The notes under the pieces are model-generated. The model searched no databases, was not told the origin of the DNA, and saw nothing but the letters and a program-made list of their open reading frames with translations. The translations under genes and the position numbers were made by a program. Source: Pirellulales bacterium (GTDB taxonomy: Bacteria > Planctomycetota > Planctomycetia > Pirellulales > UBA7805). Taken from it: DNA of 60,551 bases. The stretch lies in the NCBI GenBank assembly GCA_030751095.1, contig JASMGX010000001.1, positions 1 through 60,551 on the forward strand, in the 5' to 3' direction. Below are positions 1-10,658 of this stretch, in pieces; within the stretch, counting starts at the first letter, position 1, and the number at the start of each line of letters is the position of its first letter.

Positions 1-988
1 AAAGGTCGACCCAGCGACCGATGAGCACCACGACCGCAACTTTCATCATCACGCTCCCACTCCGCTTGCAAGGCCGGGGCAAGAGGATAAAGAACGGCAC
101 GATCCAATTCAGGACAATGCTCAGAATCATGATCGGGCCCCAGGGACCCTGCATCCGCACAAAGTAAAACGCCGTCTCTTCCGGAATGTTGGTGTACCAG
201 ATCAACATGTACTGGCTGAACCAGATGTACATCCAGAAACAACTGAACCCAAAGAGAAGCTTGCCCATATCATGCAAGTGCTCATCGGTAAACGAACCGC
301 AAAGCGGACCGCCCGGACGGCGAAGCGCGAGAGACAGGAGGATGATGGTCGCCAATGTCGCCTGAAACATTCCCGCAAAGTTATAAACGCCCCAGATCGT
401 ACTGAACCACATCGGCTCGAGCAGCATGAGCCAGTCGCAACTGGCCAGGGTGAATGTCACGGCATAGACCGCAAGAAACAGCACCGATAAACGTCTGTTG
501 ATAAATGTCAGCCGGACATCCCCGGTGCGATCTTGACGACGCGAAACGCGGATGATCGCCGTGGAGAAACAGACCCATATGAGAATATAGGCGACTGCCC
601 GGGAAAACCAGAATTGCGGGTTGGACCAAGACTCCTTGAACCAGAATGTCCCCGCCCCGCCATCGCCATGATGGTGCCACCCGTACTGCCCCAGCCGCAC
701 CGCAAGCAGAGCGAGTAGGGCAATACCGGTATAGGGCAAAGTCGCCGCCATCGCTTCGGGAACGCGGCGGAAGCTGACATTCCACGACGCACCGCAGACG
801 TACGAGAGTGCAATAAACACCGTGCCGCCAAGCCCGAGTGTGACCAGAATAAACGCGGCGATCAGAGAGTTGCTCCAAAAACGTTCCGGAGCGATCGCCG
901 CGATGATGACAAACAGTACAGCTGCGCCGAGCGCGAGCTTCTGCAGGAGGCGGATCGGGATCACATTCTCTTTGACGGTACGCATCAT
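1..988 (-). CDS. actF: Alternative complex III membrane subunit ActF-like (partial; C-terminus lies beyond the left edge)
   Basis: Absent from the ORF track because it runs off the window. Manual minus-strand translation from ATG-ATG at 988/985 gives an uninterrupted polytopic hydrophobic protein (MMRTVKENVIPIRLLQKLALGAAVLFVIIAAIAPERFW...WFSTIWGVYNFAGMF...YMLIWYTNIPEE...). The start overlaps the actE stop (ATGA). Its position after actE fits the actABCDEF order. Confidence 0.7.
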   Translation of the reverse strand, partial: MMRTVKENVIPIRLLQKLALGAAVLFVIIAAIAPERFWSNSLIAAFILVTLGLGGTVFIALSYVCGASWNVSFRRVPEAMAATLPYTGIALLALLAVRLGQYGWHHHGDGGAGTFWFKESWSNPQFWFSRAVAYILIWVCFSTAIIRVSRRQDRTGDVRLTFINRRLSVLFLAVYAVTFTLASCDWLMLLEPMWFSTIWGVYNFAGMFQATLATIILLSLALRRPGGPLCGSFTDEHLHDMGKLLFGFSCFWMYIWFSQYMLIWYTNIPEETAFYFVRMQGPWGPIMILSIVLNWIVPFFILLPRPCKRSGSVMMKVAVVVLIGRWVDL

Positions 989-1701
989 GGCTCGGAATCG
1001 GTCTCCGTCTGTTTTGTATCTTCACGTTGTACTGGGGCATCGCCCGATTGCACGCTATTGCCCGGTTCCTTCTCCTGCGCAGCGGCGGGCGCATCGAGCG
1101 GGCGATCCTCCGGAGCCGCTTTGCGCTGGAGCTTGCGGATGTAACCGATAACATCCCAGCGGCGGGCGGGCGAAAGCTGCGCGGCAAAATTCGGCATGCT
1201 TCCCTGGCCGTAGGTGAGGATGTGGAAGAGCTGCCCGTCTTTCATCTGGGCCGATTTTCCGGTCAACAAAGAGGGGGGCGGTGGAAAGCCACGTTTGACG
1301 ACCGGGCCATCCCCGAGACCACCGTCACCGTGGCAGGCGGTGCAGAACACGGTGTATTCGGCCCCGCCCCGCCGAGCGGCCTGCTTGCCCTCATCGCTCG
1401 CCGGGCTGTAGGGGCTCGTCAATACCTCACCGGCCCGGAGAGCATCTTCGCCGCTCGGCGCGAAGTAGAGCGGCAACTCCCCCCCCCGGGGAATCGTCCC
1501 GGCGGGCGGCGCCTGCAACGTGCGGCCATCGGCAAAGTTTGTGTTCGGAGCGTAAGCACCGTAGGCAGGCGAGTACGCCATGTCGTAGCCGAAATGGATC
1601 TCAAAATTCGGTCGGGCGTTATCGACGTGGGCCAATGCGGCAATCGCAAGGACGACGATGAGAGACACAGCGAGCATGAGATTCAACGTGCTGGGTTTCA
1701 C
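985..1701 (-). CDS. actE: Monohaem cytochrome c subunit of alternative complex III (ActE-like)
   Basis: 238-aa ORF with an N-terminal hydrophobic anchor (LMLAVSLIVVLAIAALA) and a single CxxCH motif (CTACHGDGG). The GTG start overlaps the actD stop, and the stop overlaps the actF start. Confidence 0.8.
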   Translation of the reverse strand: MKPSTLNLMLAVSLIVVLAIAALAHVDNARPNFEIHFGYDMAYSPAYGAYAPNTNFADGRTLQAPPAGTIPRGGELPLYFAPSGEDALRAGEVLTSPYSPASDEGKQAARRGGAEYTVFCTACHGDGGLGDGPVVKRGFPPPPSLLTGKSAQMKDGQLFHILTYGQGSMPNFAAQLSPARRWDVIGYIRKLQRKAAPEDRPLDAPAAAQEKEPGNSVQSGDAPVQREDTKQTETDSEP

Positions 1702-2234
1702 CGGTTGCCTCCCGCTGGAAGGACCCGCTCTTCAACCTCCAGGACGTTGAACTGGTTGAGCAATGTTTCGACTGTTGCTATGTCGAATGTGGCATCCGCC
1801 TCGTTGAGCACCAGGACAAACCGGTCATCGGTAACCTCCGGGCGGGGCAGGCGTGCCCGCTTGCCCGGGTAAAGGCGGCATACGACCAATAAGGCGAAGA
1901 CAGTGCCGAATCCCGCCAGCAGCACCGCCAGTTCAAAGGCTGCCGGGAGATCGGACGGCAGCGCGTTGAAGGGCTTGCCGCCCACGTCGATCGGCCAGCT
2001 CACTGCCGCTGTCCAATGTTCGAACCAGAGCATGCCGATCGCTCCGATCGCACCGCAGATAAAACAGACCCAGGTCAGCCGCGACGGCTTCATGCCCATC
2101 GCCCGATCGAGTCCATGCACCGCATACGGAGTGTAGGCATCGACGACCTGGTAGCCTTGGCGGCGGACTTCCGTCGTCGCCTCTACGAGGTCTTCCGCTG
2201 AATCAAAACTGGCCAATAGCATCCGATCGCTCAT
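1698..2234 (-). CDS. actD: Alternative complex III subunit ActD-like (DUF3341)
   Basis: The ORF-track frame 1698-2597 is trimmed to the ATG at 2234 ([42 protein letters not shown]...), which overlaps the actC stop as ATGA. It has a soluble N-terminal domain plus two TM helices. The longer N-terminal extension overlaps actC and is Arg/His-rich. Confidence 0.8.
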   Translation of the reverse strand: MSDRMLLASFDSAEDLVEATTEVRRQGYQVVDAYTPYAVHGLDRAMGMKPSRLTWVCFICGAIGAIGMLWFEHWTAAVSWPIDVGGKPFNALPSDLPAAFELAVLLAGFGTVFALLVVCRLYPGKRARLPRPEVTDDRFVLVLNEADATFDIATVETLLNQFNVLEVEERVLPAGGNR

Positions 2235-3658
2235 GCCACCTCCTCTTGCGAAACGGCTACCGATGATTTGCGCCGCTTCACCTTCAACACACCCTTGACC
2301 TCCGCCATGGCAATCACAGGAATGAAGCGGCAGAACAGCAGGAAACAGGTGAAAAACAGGCCGAAACTGCCGATCAACGTCGCAATTTCGATCGACGTCG
2401 GGATGTAGTGCGCCCAACTGGACGGCAAAAAGTCCCGATGCAGGCTCGTCACGATGATCACAAATCGTTCGAACCACATGCCGATATTTATCAGGATACT
2501 GATGGCAAAGACCGTCACGATATTGCGCCGCACCCAACGGAACCAAAGCAACTGCGGCACCAGCACGTTGCAGGTGACCATCGTCAGGTACGCCCAACTG
2601 TATGGTCCAAACGCCCGGTTCATAAACGCAAACTGCTCGTACGGATTGCCGCTATATGCCGCAATGAAAAATTCGGTGCCGTACGCCAAGCCAACGATAC
2701 AACCCATCGACAGCATGAGCTTGCACATCATCTCAATGTGAAAGATGGTGATGTAATGCTCCAACTGCATCACCTTGCGGGCGATGATCATCAGGGTCAA
2801 CACCATCGCCAGTCCACTGAAAATCGCACCGGCCACGAAGTAGGGCGGGAACACCGTCGTGTGCCAGCCGGGGATGACCGACGTGGCAAAATCCATGCTC
2901 ACGATCGTGTGTACCGAAAAGACCAGCGGCGTCGCCAGACCGGCCAGCAACAGGTAGACCGTTTCGTGACGGTGCCACGTCCGTGCCGACCCGTCCCAAC
3001 CGAGGCTAAAAATACGGGCCAGACGGGTCCGCAAACCGGCGCGTCCGCGATCGCGGATCGTTGCCAAATCGGGCAACAGACCGACATACCAGAAAACGGC
3101 CGAGATCAGGAAATAGGTCGAAATGGCAAACACGTCCCAGAGCAGGGGCGACTTGAAATTGACCCAGAGCGGCCCGCGGGTGTTGGGATAGGGAAAGGTC
3201 CAGAAGGCAAGCCACGGCCGACCCATGTGAATTAACGGAAAGATGCTCGCGCAGATGACCGCGAACAATGTCATCGCTTCGGCAGACCGGTTGACGCTGG
3301 TCCGCCATTTCTGACGGAACAGAAACAGCACGGCGGAAATGAGTGTTCCGGCATGGCCGATTCCGACCCAAAAGACAAAGTTGGTGATGTCAAAGGCCCA
3401 ACCGACTGTCCGATTGAGGCCCCAGGTACCGATGCCGACGGTGATCTGGTAGGTGACCGCGGTCAGACCCAGGAGCAGCGCGGAGGATGCGACGAGAAAC
3501 GCCGCCCACCATAACTTGGTCGCTTTGCGCTCCATAGGAGCGCAGATATCGCGCGTTACATCGCCGAGGGACCTGTTCCCGGTGACCAACGTCGGACGCA
3601 GCAACGCGGATGCGTCCTCCATCGGTACTTGGCAGTCGGTGGCGGTGGTGCTGCTCAT
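2231..3658 (-). CDS. actC: Alternative complex III quinol-interacting membrane subunit ActC (NrfD/PsrC-like)
   Basis: 475-aa polytopic membrane protein with NrfD-like sequence character ([31 protein letters not shown]). ATGA overlaps on both sides. Confidence 0.9.
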   Translation of the reverse strand: MSSTTATDCQVPMEDASALLRPTLVTGNRSLGDVTRDICAPMERKATKLWWAAFLVASSALLLGLTAVTYQITVGIGTWGLNRTVGWAFDITNFVFWVGIGHAGTLISAVLFLFRQKWRTSVNRSAEAMTLFAVICASIFPLIHMGRPWLAFWTFPYPNTRGPLWVNFKSPLLWDVFAISTYFLISAVFWYVGLLPDLATIRDRGRAGLRTRLARIFSLGWDGSARTWHRHETVYLLLAGLATPLVFSVHTIVSMDFATSVIPGWHTTVFPPYFVAGAIFSGLAMVLTLMIIARKVMQLEHYITIFHIEMMCKLMLSMGCIVGLAYGTEFFIAAYSGNPYEQFAFMNRAFGPYSWAYLTMVTCNVLVPQLLWFRWVRRNIVTVFAISILINIGMWFERFVIIVTSLHRDFLPSSWAHYIPTSIEIATLIGSFGLFFTCFLLFCRFIPVIAMAEVKGVLKVKRRKSSVAVSQEEVA

Positions 3659-6600
3659 GCTTCCTTATTCTTCTCGTTCTGCTCGTCTTGGTTTTTTACG
3701 ACGCGCAAATAGGAAACGGAGGGGCGCACGTTCAATTCTTCCAGAACACGATACCGCCGCGGATTCTGCTGCGCGGCATGGATCTCGCTCTTTAAATCGT
3801 TCATGTCGCCGAACACAATGGCCCGGGCGGGACACGACTGTTGGCAGGCCGTCTGCACATCGCCATCGGCCAGTGGCACACCAGCGCTGCGAGCGGCAAT
3901 CCGCGCTTCTTCGATCCGCTGGACGCACATGGAACATTTTTCCATGACGCCCCGCGAGCGGACCGTAACGTCGGGATTCAACGCAAGATTCTGCAACAGA
4001 TCGTCGTGGGCATACTCAAACCAGTTGAAACGGCGGACTTTGTAGGGGCAGTTGTTCGCACAGTAACGTGTCCCCACGCAACGGTTGTAGATTTGTTCGT
4101 TCAAGCCCTCGGAACTGTGGACCGTCGCCAGCACCGGGCAGACCGTCTCACACGGCGCGTTGTCGCAATGCTGGCACAACATCGGCTGGTGCGCGACGCC
4201 CTCCCGGGCGTCCTCCCCTTCGTAATAGCGGTCGATTCGGAGCCAGTGCATCTCGCGATGCCGTCGGACTTCGTCGGCGCCCACGACCGGCACGTTGTTT
4301 TCGGATTGGCAGGCGATCATGCAGGCCGAACAGCCCGTGCAGGCATTCAAATCGATGACCATTCCCCAATGGTGGTCTTTTTTGGGATGGTCTTCCGGCC
4401 AGAGCTGTGCCTCCGGGTCGTAATGAACTTCGGCCGCGCCGGCTTCCGGGTTTTTAGTAAATGCCGCGAGCGTCGTCTCTTGAATGATCTCGCGCCGCGC
4501 CGCGCCGTGCGGGGCAACGTCCGGCGGAACCTCGATCGCGTGATGTTCCTGTGTCGCCGCCAACTGGCGCCGCTTTGCCGTTTTGCGTAGCGTTACATTG
4601 TCGCGCGAATATCGTAGAGAACCGTTTTGGAAATGCAAAAATCGGGCGGCATTTTTGCCGACCCGCTCGCCCGGTTGTACCGTCGGTCTCGCTTCGAGCC
4701 ATTCGGGGCCAATTCCGGCGAAGCGTTCGGTTCCCTTGCAGCCGTATGCCAGGGCAATCGCCAACACCCTGTCGTGCTGGCCCGGCTGGATCACGAGAGG
4801 CAACTCGATCCGCGCTTCGGCATCCTCGGCGTTGACCTCGAGGACATCCCCCTCTTTCAATCCGAGCTCCGCCGCTACATGCGGCGACAGAGAGACATAA
4901 TTTCCCCACGTCACTTTCGTCACCGGGTCCGGCAACTCCTGCAGCCAGGGATTGTGGGCGTGGCGGCTCTCGGGCATCGCGACGTTCGTGTAGAGGACCA
5001 GCGAAAAACCGTCGGGGGCTTCTGCGGGCCGGGGCGGCTTTAGCACCGACTTGTCGAACGCTCGCACGCGCGTCGCGCGTGGCGTCAGGTGGACGAACCC
5101 CTTCTGCAGCGTCTCATCCCAGAACTGCTGAAAATCTCCCGCCTCCGGGCACCGGGGCAGAATCGCCCCCCGCCAGTGCGCGCGCACGATGTCGTACGCC
5201 GAGTCGCGGCGAGAGGACCAAAGTGCGAGACTTTCCAGGATCGAGCGCGTCTTGCCCTGCGGGTTCAATGTGGGCTGCGCCAAACTGACCAGTCCGTCGA
5301 TCGGTTCGGCATCGGACCACGATTCCAGCGGCCGATGGTCGGGACAGACAAAGCGGGCGAGGCTTGCAAAATCGTCCTCGCGCTCGGCAAAACTGACGAT
5401 TAGCGGCACATGGCCGATCGCATCGAGAAGCGATGCGCGGTCGGGAAGGTTGTGGGTCAGGTCGGTCCTGGCAACCAGAAGTGCGCCGACGTTGCCCGTC
5501 TTCAAATCCTCGAGGAGTTGCGCAACCTCCCGGTCGTTTCCCTGCCGCTGGCGGCTCGGACGCTCCAGGTCGATCGTCGCTCCATAGCTGCCGAGCAGGT
5601 GGTTGATGTAGTTCACCAGGATTTGCTCATCGACATCCTGGCTGTCGGAAAGAACAAGGCTTCGATTCTTTGCTTTCCATAATCGCTCCGCCACTTCGTC
5701 CAGTAGCGTACCGAGATTGCCGTTGAGTAACGGCGGATCGGGCTGTAGCGGCCAGTCCAACCTGTCGCCCGCCAGAATTGCAATGTTTGATGCCAGGTGT
5801 TCGAGCAGCAAACGCTGCTCTTCGGGACGGATCTGGATGCGGCGATCGGCGTTGCTTCCGGTAAGCGACATCCGGCCTTCAAACTGGACGTGGTAGGACA
5901 TCGCCGGATGTTCCACCGTCGGAATGCGCCGATCCCGCCAGGCCGCGGTATATTCAACCGGCGAGATCCAGGTCCCCAGAAAGTCGGCACCGAACGAGAC
6001 GAGGACCTCGGCGCGTTCTAACCGGTAGTGTGGCAGCAGGCGACTCCCGTGCGTCTGCTCGTGCGCATCGAGGATGGCCGAACTACTGACCGCATCGAGC
6101 GTGATATGCTTGGCATCGGCAAACTGGCCGAGGAAGCTGTCGATCGTCGCCTGCAGGGTCGGACTGGTAATGGTCGATGAGACGAAGCGCACCGATTTTT
6201 TCTGCTCCCGGACGCTCCGGAGTGCGGCGATGATCTCCTGGTCGATGTCGAACCAACTGGCCGTCTTGCCGTCGCGGAGTGGCGCCATAAGTCTTTGGGA
6301 ATCGTAGAGTTCCATCGGCACCGCCTGGCCCACGGCACAGAGCCCGCCGCCGGAGAGAGGGTGTTCCGGCATCCCTTCCATTTTCAGCGGTCGGCCATCA
6401 CGCGTTCCGACCAGCAATCCACACGATGCACTACATCCCTCACAGGTCGAAGCGTAGTAGCGCATCTGCCCGGGAATGACGCCGGGCGGCTGGATCGGAA
6501 ATGGCAGAGCGATCTGGCGCGGTGCACGGCGGCAGCCACCGATCGCCGCCAGGGAGATAGAGAACCCGGCCGCCTCGAGGAACCGGCGCCGGTTGAGCCC

Positions 6601-6675
6601 GCCTTGATCGACCGCACCGGGGTGCGTTGCATCTTTCGGTCGATCAGGATCACTTTTTGCGTTGTCGCGTTTCAT
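3655..6675 (-). CDS. actB: Alternative complex III subunit ActB (molybdopterin-oxidoreductase-like domain fused to a 4Fe-4S ferredoxin domain)
   Basis: Has a Tat-like motif ([12 protein letters not shown]), a long MopB-like region and C-terminal Cys clusters ([46 protein letters not shown]). The start is trimmed to the ATG at 6675 (MKRDNAKSD), 10 nt after the actA stop. The track start at 6738 would overlap actA by 53 nt. Confidence 0.9.
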   Translation of the reverse strand: MKRDNAKSDPDRPKDATHPGAVDQGGLNRRRFLEAAGFSISLAAIGGCRRAPRQIALPFPIQPPGVIPGQMRYYASTCEGCSASCGLLVGTRDGRPLKMEGMPEHPLSGGGLCAVGQAVPMELYDSQRLMAPLRDGKTASWFDIDQEIIAALRSVREQKKSVRFVSSTITSPTLQATIDSFLGQFADAKHITLDAVSSSAILDAHEQTHGSRLLPHYRLERAEVLVSFGADFLGTWISPVEYTAAWRDRRIPTVEHPAMSYHVQFEGRMSLTGSNADRRIQIRPEEQRLLLEHLASNIAILAGDRLDWPLQPDPPLLNGNLGTLLDEVAERLWKAKNRSLVLSDSQDVDEQILVNYINHLLGSYGATIDLERPSRQRQGNDREVAQLLEDLKTGNVGALLVARTDLTHNLPDRASLLDAIGHVPLIVSFAEREDDFASLARFVCPDHRPLESWSDAEPIDGLVSLAQPTLNPQGKTRSILESLALWSSRRDSAYDIVRAHWRGAILPRCPEAGDFQQFWDETLQKGFVHLTPRATRVRAFDKSVLKPPRPAEAPDGFSLVLYTNVAMPESRHAHNPWLQELPDPVTKVTWGNYVSLSPHVAAELGLKEGDVLEVNAEDAEARIELPLVIQPGQHDRVLAIALAYGCKGTERFAGIGPEWLEARPTVQPGERVGKNAARFLHFQNGSLRYSRDNVTLRKTAKRRQLAATQEHHAIEVPPDVAPHGAARREIIQETTLAAFTKNPEAGAAEVHYDPEAQLWPEDHPKKDHHWGMVIDLNACTGCSACMIACQSENNVPVVGADEVRRHREMHWLRIDRYYEGEDAREGVAHQPMLCQHCDNAPCETVCPVLATVHSSEGLNEQIYNRCVGTRYCANNCPYKVRRFNWFEYAHDDLLQNLALNPDVTVRSRGVMEKCSMCVQRIEEARIAARSAGVPLADGDVQTACQQSCPARAIVFGDMNDLKSEIHAAQQNPRRYRVLEELNVRPSVSYLRVVKNQDEQNEKNKEA

Positions 6676-6685
6676 AGACAGAACT

Positions 6686-7462
6686 TCAATGGTGGCACAC
6701 GGTACAATTGATCGAAGCAGAAACAGGATGGCCATCAATCCCCCGCTCGCTCGCCTCGCGGTGGCAGTTCACGCACCATCCCATCGAGAGGCTCGCGAAC
6801 TGCCGCACTCGATCCATCGTTTCTACCGGACCGTGGCATCGCTGGCAGGTTACTCCTGCGGTGACATGGGCCTGATGGTTGAAACAAACGTAGTCCGGCA
6901 AATTGTGGACGCGAACCCACGGGATCGACTTGGGCGTTTTGCCCTCGATCGGCTGCAGTTGGTCATCGAGGCCGAGCGAATCGTAAAGGATCTTGAGTTG
7001 GTCCGATGGAATCTGCAATGCGTCGGACTGCTCGTGCAAATCCTCGAGGGCCTGCTTCGTCAAAGCGGGAATCTCCGACTCCGGCTTGCCCTCCACCTTC
7101 GCAAGAAGGTTCTTTGTCTCATCGGCGAGCCGGAGTTCCTCCCGCATCACGTTAAACGAGGCGGTGACGAACGCATGACATTTCATGCAGACATCACTCG
7201 AGGGAATGGCGGCGTATTGGCTCATGGTGGCGGCAGAATGACAAAAACCACACTTGATCTGCAATTCGCCGGCATGCAAACGATGCGAGTAGGCGATCGG
7301 CTGTACCGGCGCGTACCCCTGCTGGTCGTCGGGCAGACGCCATCCGCTCATGCCCGAGACGAGCAACGACAGGCTGAAGAACAACCCGATCAGCAGGACA
7401 ATCGTTATGACGCGCTGCTGCATGGCTGGCGTATCGTTGGTCGTTGGCAGTCGCGATCTCAT
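6686..7462 (-). CDS. actA: Pentahaem cytochrome c subunit ActA of alternative complex III
   Basis: N-terminal TM anchor plus five CxxCH motifs (CGFCH, CMKCH, CQRCH, CVNCH, CTVCH). Lies 16 nt downstream of the narK stop. Confidence 0.9.
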   Translation of the reverse strand: MRSRLPTTNDTPAMQQRVITIVLLIGLFFSLSLLVSGMSGWRLPDDQQGYAPVQPIAYSHRLHAGELQIKCGFCHSAATMSQYAAIPSSDVCMKCHAFVTASFNVMREELRLADETKNLLAKVEGKPESEIPALTKQALEDLHEQSDALQIPSDQLKILYDSLGLDDQLQPIEGKTPKSIPWVRVHNLPDYVCFNHQAHVTAGVTCQRCHGPVETMDRVRQFASLSMGWCVNCHREASERGIDGHPVSASINCTVCHH

Positions 7463-7478
7463 CGGAAACGCTTGTCTT

Positions 7479-9098
7479 TCAGCACTTTATCTCGGCATTC
7501 TTTCGGGCATAAAACCACCAGTTCATGATCAGGCAGGTTGCGTAGTAGAAGGCGAACCCGTAGAGCGCGTACTGGGGTGTGTCTGCTTTGATCTGTTCAG
7601 CGAAGAACATCGGAATGAGGTAGGCGCCGTAGGCGGCGATGGCCGAGGTGAAACCCAACACCGGTCCGCGCACGTCCTTGGTGAAGATCACCCCGATCAT
7701 GCGAAAAGTAGAACCGTTTCCGATGCCCGTGGTCGCGAAGAGCAGGATGAAGAGTAAGAGAAAGGGAACAAAAAACTGTTGCGGCTCCTCCGATTTCATC
7801 GCGAGCGAGACATAATAGCCCGCCCCGACCGTAGCGGCGATCATGACAATGGTATCCCATTGCGTGACACGGGCGCCACCGAACTTGTCCGCCAACCAAC
7901 CGCCAACCGGACGGATCAATGCGCCGACCCCGGCACCGATCCAGATGAATGCAGCCGAACTCATACCGGTCGGCTCACCAACGTGTTCCCCCACGCGGTA
8001 GACGCCGAAGACGTCGTCGATGAGCTTCGGGAAGGCGCTGGCGTACCCGATGAACGAACCGAAGGTCATGGTGTACAGGTAGGTCATGACCCAGTTGTGC
8101 TTCATCTTGAAGATGCCGAACTGGCCCTTCAGGTTGTCCTTCGTCTCCTTCGGGGTCAAAAAGCGCATGAGGGCCAACGTGACCGGCACAGCGACCAGCA
8201 CGATGAGCACCGTCTTGAGAAGTTTCGGGAAGTCGCCCCACGGAATGAGCAGAAGGACAACGCCGGCGGCCGCGCCGACGAGGGCGAGCACGCTCAACCA
8301 GAGATACTTTCCGACCGCGACCGGCGTCGGCCCGCACTTGTGGAACGGCAGGTTGTGCATGAACAGAAAGGCAAGCAGAGACGTGGCGGCCAGGATCGGC
8401 ACCCAGACGAGGCCGGCGTTCTGGATCCACATTTGGCCGATGCTACCGTCCGACTGCATGTAGTCGTAGGGCTCTCCTCCCAGGCCACCAAACGCGCCGA
8501 AGGTGATGATCCAGGGGATCAGGAACTGCATCGCGCTGACGCCGAGGTTTCCGATACCGGCGTTCAAGCCCAGCGCCAGCCCCTGCATCCGCTTTGGGAA
8601 AAAGAAACTGATGTTAGACATCGACGAGGCAAATGCGCCGCCCCCGATGCCGGACAGTGTTGCCAGGATGACGAACATCCAGAACGGCGTGTCCGAACTC
8701 TGAAGGGCGATTCCCGCACCCAGGGCAGGTATGATCAGCAGCAGGGTCGTCATGAACTTGACGTTGCGCCCGCCGGAAATCGACACCATGAACGAGTGGG
8801 CGACGCGCATCGTCGCACCCGAAAGGCCCGCTACGGCGGGCAGCATGAACATCAGCGCCCGGTAGGCGCTCTCGTCGTACGGCTTTCCGTCGTTCATGAA
8901 GGTAAAGTTAAAGAGATCGGGATCGTGGAAGTGAAGCTGTTGGATGTACTTGGCGACCATCCCCCAGTAGATCCAGACCGCGAAACCGAGAAACAGGTTC
9001 GGAATGGAGATCCAGAGATTGCGGTTGGCGATTTTCTTCCCGGTCGATTCCCAGAAAGCCTTGTCTTCGACATCCCAATGTTTCAGACTACTTGCCAT
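7479..9098 (-). CDS. narK: MFS nitrate/nitrite transporter (NarK-type)
   Basis: 539-aa 12-TM MFS protein with a NarK-like N-terminus (WDVEDKAFWESTGKKIANRNLWISIPNLFLGFAVW) and Gly-rich NNP-type motifs. It sits directly after narI and a narK paralogue. Confidence 0.85.
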   Translation of the reverse strand: MASSLKHWDVEDKAFWESTGKKIANRNLWISIPNLFLGFAVWIYWGMVAKYIQQLHFHDPDLFNFTFMNDGKPYDESAYRALMFMLPAVAGLSGATMRVAHSFMVSISGGRNVKFMTTLLLIIPALGAGIALQSSDTPFWMFVILATLSGIGGGAFASSMSNISFFFPKRMQGLALGLNAGIGNLGVSAMQFLIPWIITFGAFGGLGGEPYDYMQSDGSIGQMWIQNAGLVWVPILAATSLLAFLFMHNLPFHKCGPTPVAVGKYLWLSVLALVGAAAGVVLLLIPWGDFPKLLKTVLIVLVAVPVTLALMRFLTPKETKDNLKGQFGIFKMKHNWVMTYLYTMTFGSFIGYASAFPKLIDDVFGVYRVGEHVGEPTGMSSAAFIWIGAGVGALIRPVGGWLADKFGGARVTQWDTIVMIAATVGAGYYVSLAMKSEEPQQFFVPFLLLFILLFATTGIGNGSTFRMIGVIFTKDVRGPVLGFTSAIAAYGAYLIPMFFAEQIKADTPQYALYGFAFYYATCLIMNWWFYARKNAEIKC

Positions 9099-9104
9099 TG
9101 TTTG

Positions 9105-10643
9105 TTACTCCATTTGTCGGACTAGTTCAGGAACTTTGGATTTCATCATTTTCTGGACAACCCAGTGCATCCACACGAGACAGACAGCGATCAGCACCAA
9201 GAAGAACATCCAGCAGGATGTCCATAGTCCCGTTGCCCGCAAGAGATACCCAAAGATGACCGGACAGATGAATCCACCCAGGCCACCCAACACACCGACA
9301 ATACCTCCTACCACACCAATATCTTCCGGAAAATAATCGGGAATGTGTTTGTAGACTGCCGCTTTGCCGATCCCCATCACCGCTCCGATAATCAGGCTCA
9401 GCGCCGTAAAGATCCAGATGTTGGCCTGAAAGAAAATCTCGGTGATTCCGCGGGCCAGCAACTCCTTTTTCTTAACTTCCTGTCCCTCTTTCACGACAGG
9501 TTCTTGCCAGGCCATCGACCGCGGCAAGACCAACAGCCTCTTGGCACGCTCTTCCGGCGTCACCAACTTACCCTGTTTCGTCTTTAATGCGTATGTGTTC
9601 TGTCGCTCTGCCCCACTCTCGACGACGATTTCTGAATCGGAGACACTTACGACTCGACCGGATGCTCTTGCCATGATACCGCTACCGGGCGAGCGAATAT
9701 CCATCTGCGGGACGATCAGCAGTACACAACAAACCAGGGATAATCCCAGCACCCAGTACATGACCAGTCGGGCCCCCCACGCATCGGACATCCACCCGCC
9801 CACTGCGCGAATGACACCCGACGGCAGGCTGTTGCACGCCGCCAGCGCGCCGGCCAGCGCCACCGAAGTGGCATAGGCGTTGACGTAATACGGCACCAGC
9901 CACTGCGCTAGCGCGACGAAACCGCCGAAGACGAAGAAATAGTACAGACCAAAGCGCCACACGCGCAGAACCTTCAGAGGAGCCAGTCGCTCGCCGAGCG
10001 TCTTGTGCGCGGTGCCCGGCGGAAGCCGGTTGGTGGTCACCAATAAAAAAATGATCCCCGTAACGACCAGCAGCGCTGCATAGAGCCGCGGCAGGTTTCG
10101 CCAGCCCTCCAGATTTTCGCCGCCACTGGTCAACCAATTCAGGACCCACGGCGCGCCGAGACTGGTCAGTGCCGCACCGGCATTGCCCGCACCAAAAATT
10201 CCGAGCGCGGTGCCCTGCTGGTGTTTGGGAAACCAGAGTGAGGTGTAGGCGATGCCGATCGCAAAACCGGTCCCGGTGAATCCGAATCCCAGGCCGGCAA
10301 TGAAGAATTGCCAATAGGTATTGCAGTAGCTGACCAAAAACATCGGCACGGCTGTAACGAGCAGCAAGAGACCGTAGACATACTTGCCACCCCATTTATC
10401 GGTCGCCAAACCCAACGGCAAACGGAACAGGGCCCCGGTCAAAACCGGTATACCGATCAACCAGCCCATCTCCGAGGGTCCCCAATCGTGAATTCCGTTG
10501 TCGACGAGGAAGGTGATCAGCACGCCGTTCATCATCCACGCAGCAAAGCAGATGGTGAACGTCAGCGTGTTTACCGTCAGCATCCACCACGCGCGATGCC
10601 GCTCCTGTGGCGTCAAATTCTCGTTCATCGCTTCCGTGGACAT
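9105..10643 (-). CDS. narK: MFS nitrate/nitrite transporter paralogue (NarK-type) with a ~90-aa insertion between TM9 and TM10
   Basis: 12 predicted TM helices with MFS loop motifs (GLATDKWGGKY, GGWMSDAWGAR). The ATG at 10643 is preferred over the track GTG at 10649. The soluble insert is aa ~316-405 (nt ~9435-9704). Confidence 0.8.
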   Translation of the reverse strand: MSTEAMNENLTPQERHRAWWMLTVNTLTFTICFAAWMMNGVLITFLVDNGIHDWGPSEMGWLIGIPVLTGALFRLPLGLATDKWGGKYVYGLLLLVTAVPMFLVSYCNTYWQFFIAGLGFGFTGTGFAIGIAYTSLWFPKHQQGTALGIFGAGNAGAALTSLGAPWVLNWLTSGGENLEGWRNLPRLYAALLVVTGIIFLLVTTNRLPPGTAHKTLGERLAPLKVLRVWRFGLYYFFVFGGFVALAQWLVPYYVNAYATSVALAGALAACNSLPSGVIRAVGGWMSDAWGARLVMYWVLGLSLVCCVLLIVPQMDIRSPGSGIMARASGRVVSVSDSEIVVESGAERQNTYALKTKQGKLVTPEERAKRLLVLPRSMAWQEPVVKEGQEVKKKELLARGITEIFFQANIWIFTALSLIIGAVMGIGKAAVYKHIPDYFPEDIGVVGGIVGVLGGLGGFICPVIFGYLLRATGLWTSCWMFFLVLIAVCLVWMHWVVQKMMKSKVPELVRQME

Positions 10644-10658
10644 TACCACTGCTCCATT

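Noticed and set aside
381-1187. 268-aa minus-strand ORF, plus the 508-831 and 822-1151 ORFs, at the left edge
   Set aside because: They are Arg/Pro-rich with no recognisable motifs, and they lie in the wrong frame over the clearly membrane-protein-like ActF frame and over actE. These are typical GC-rich off-frame artefacts.
7779-9125. Long antisense ORFs opposite well-supported genes: 7779-9125 (+), 19402-21054 (+), 36855-38393 (+), 38972-40225 (+), 41109-42467 (-), 35209-36237 (+), 15467-16537 (+) and 16583-17548 (+)
   Set aside because: All are Arg/His/Gly/Pro-rich low-complexity translations without motifs. Each lies fully opposite a gene with strong family signatures (narK, the symporter, HlyD, permeases, the hydrolase, narG). 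This is expected from high GC content.
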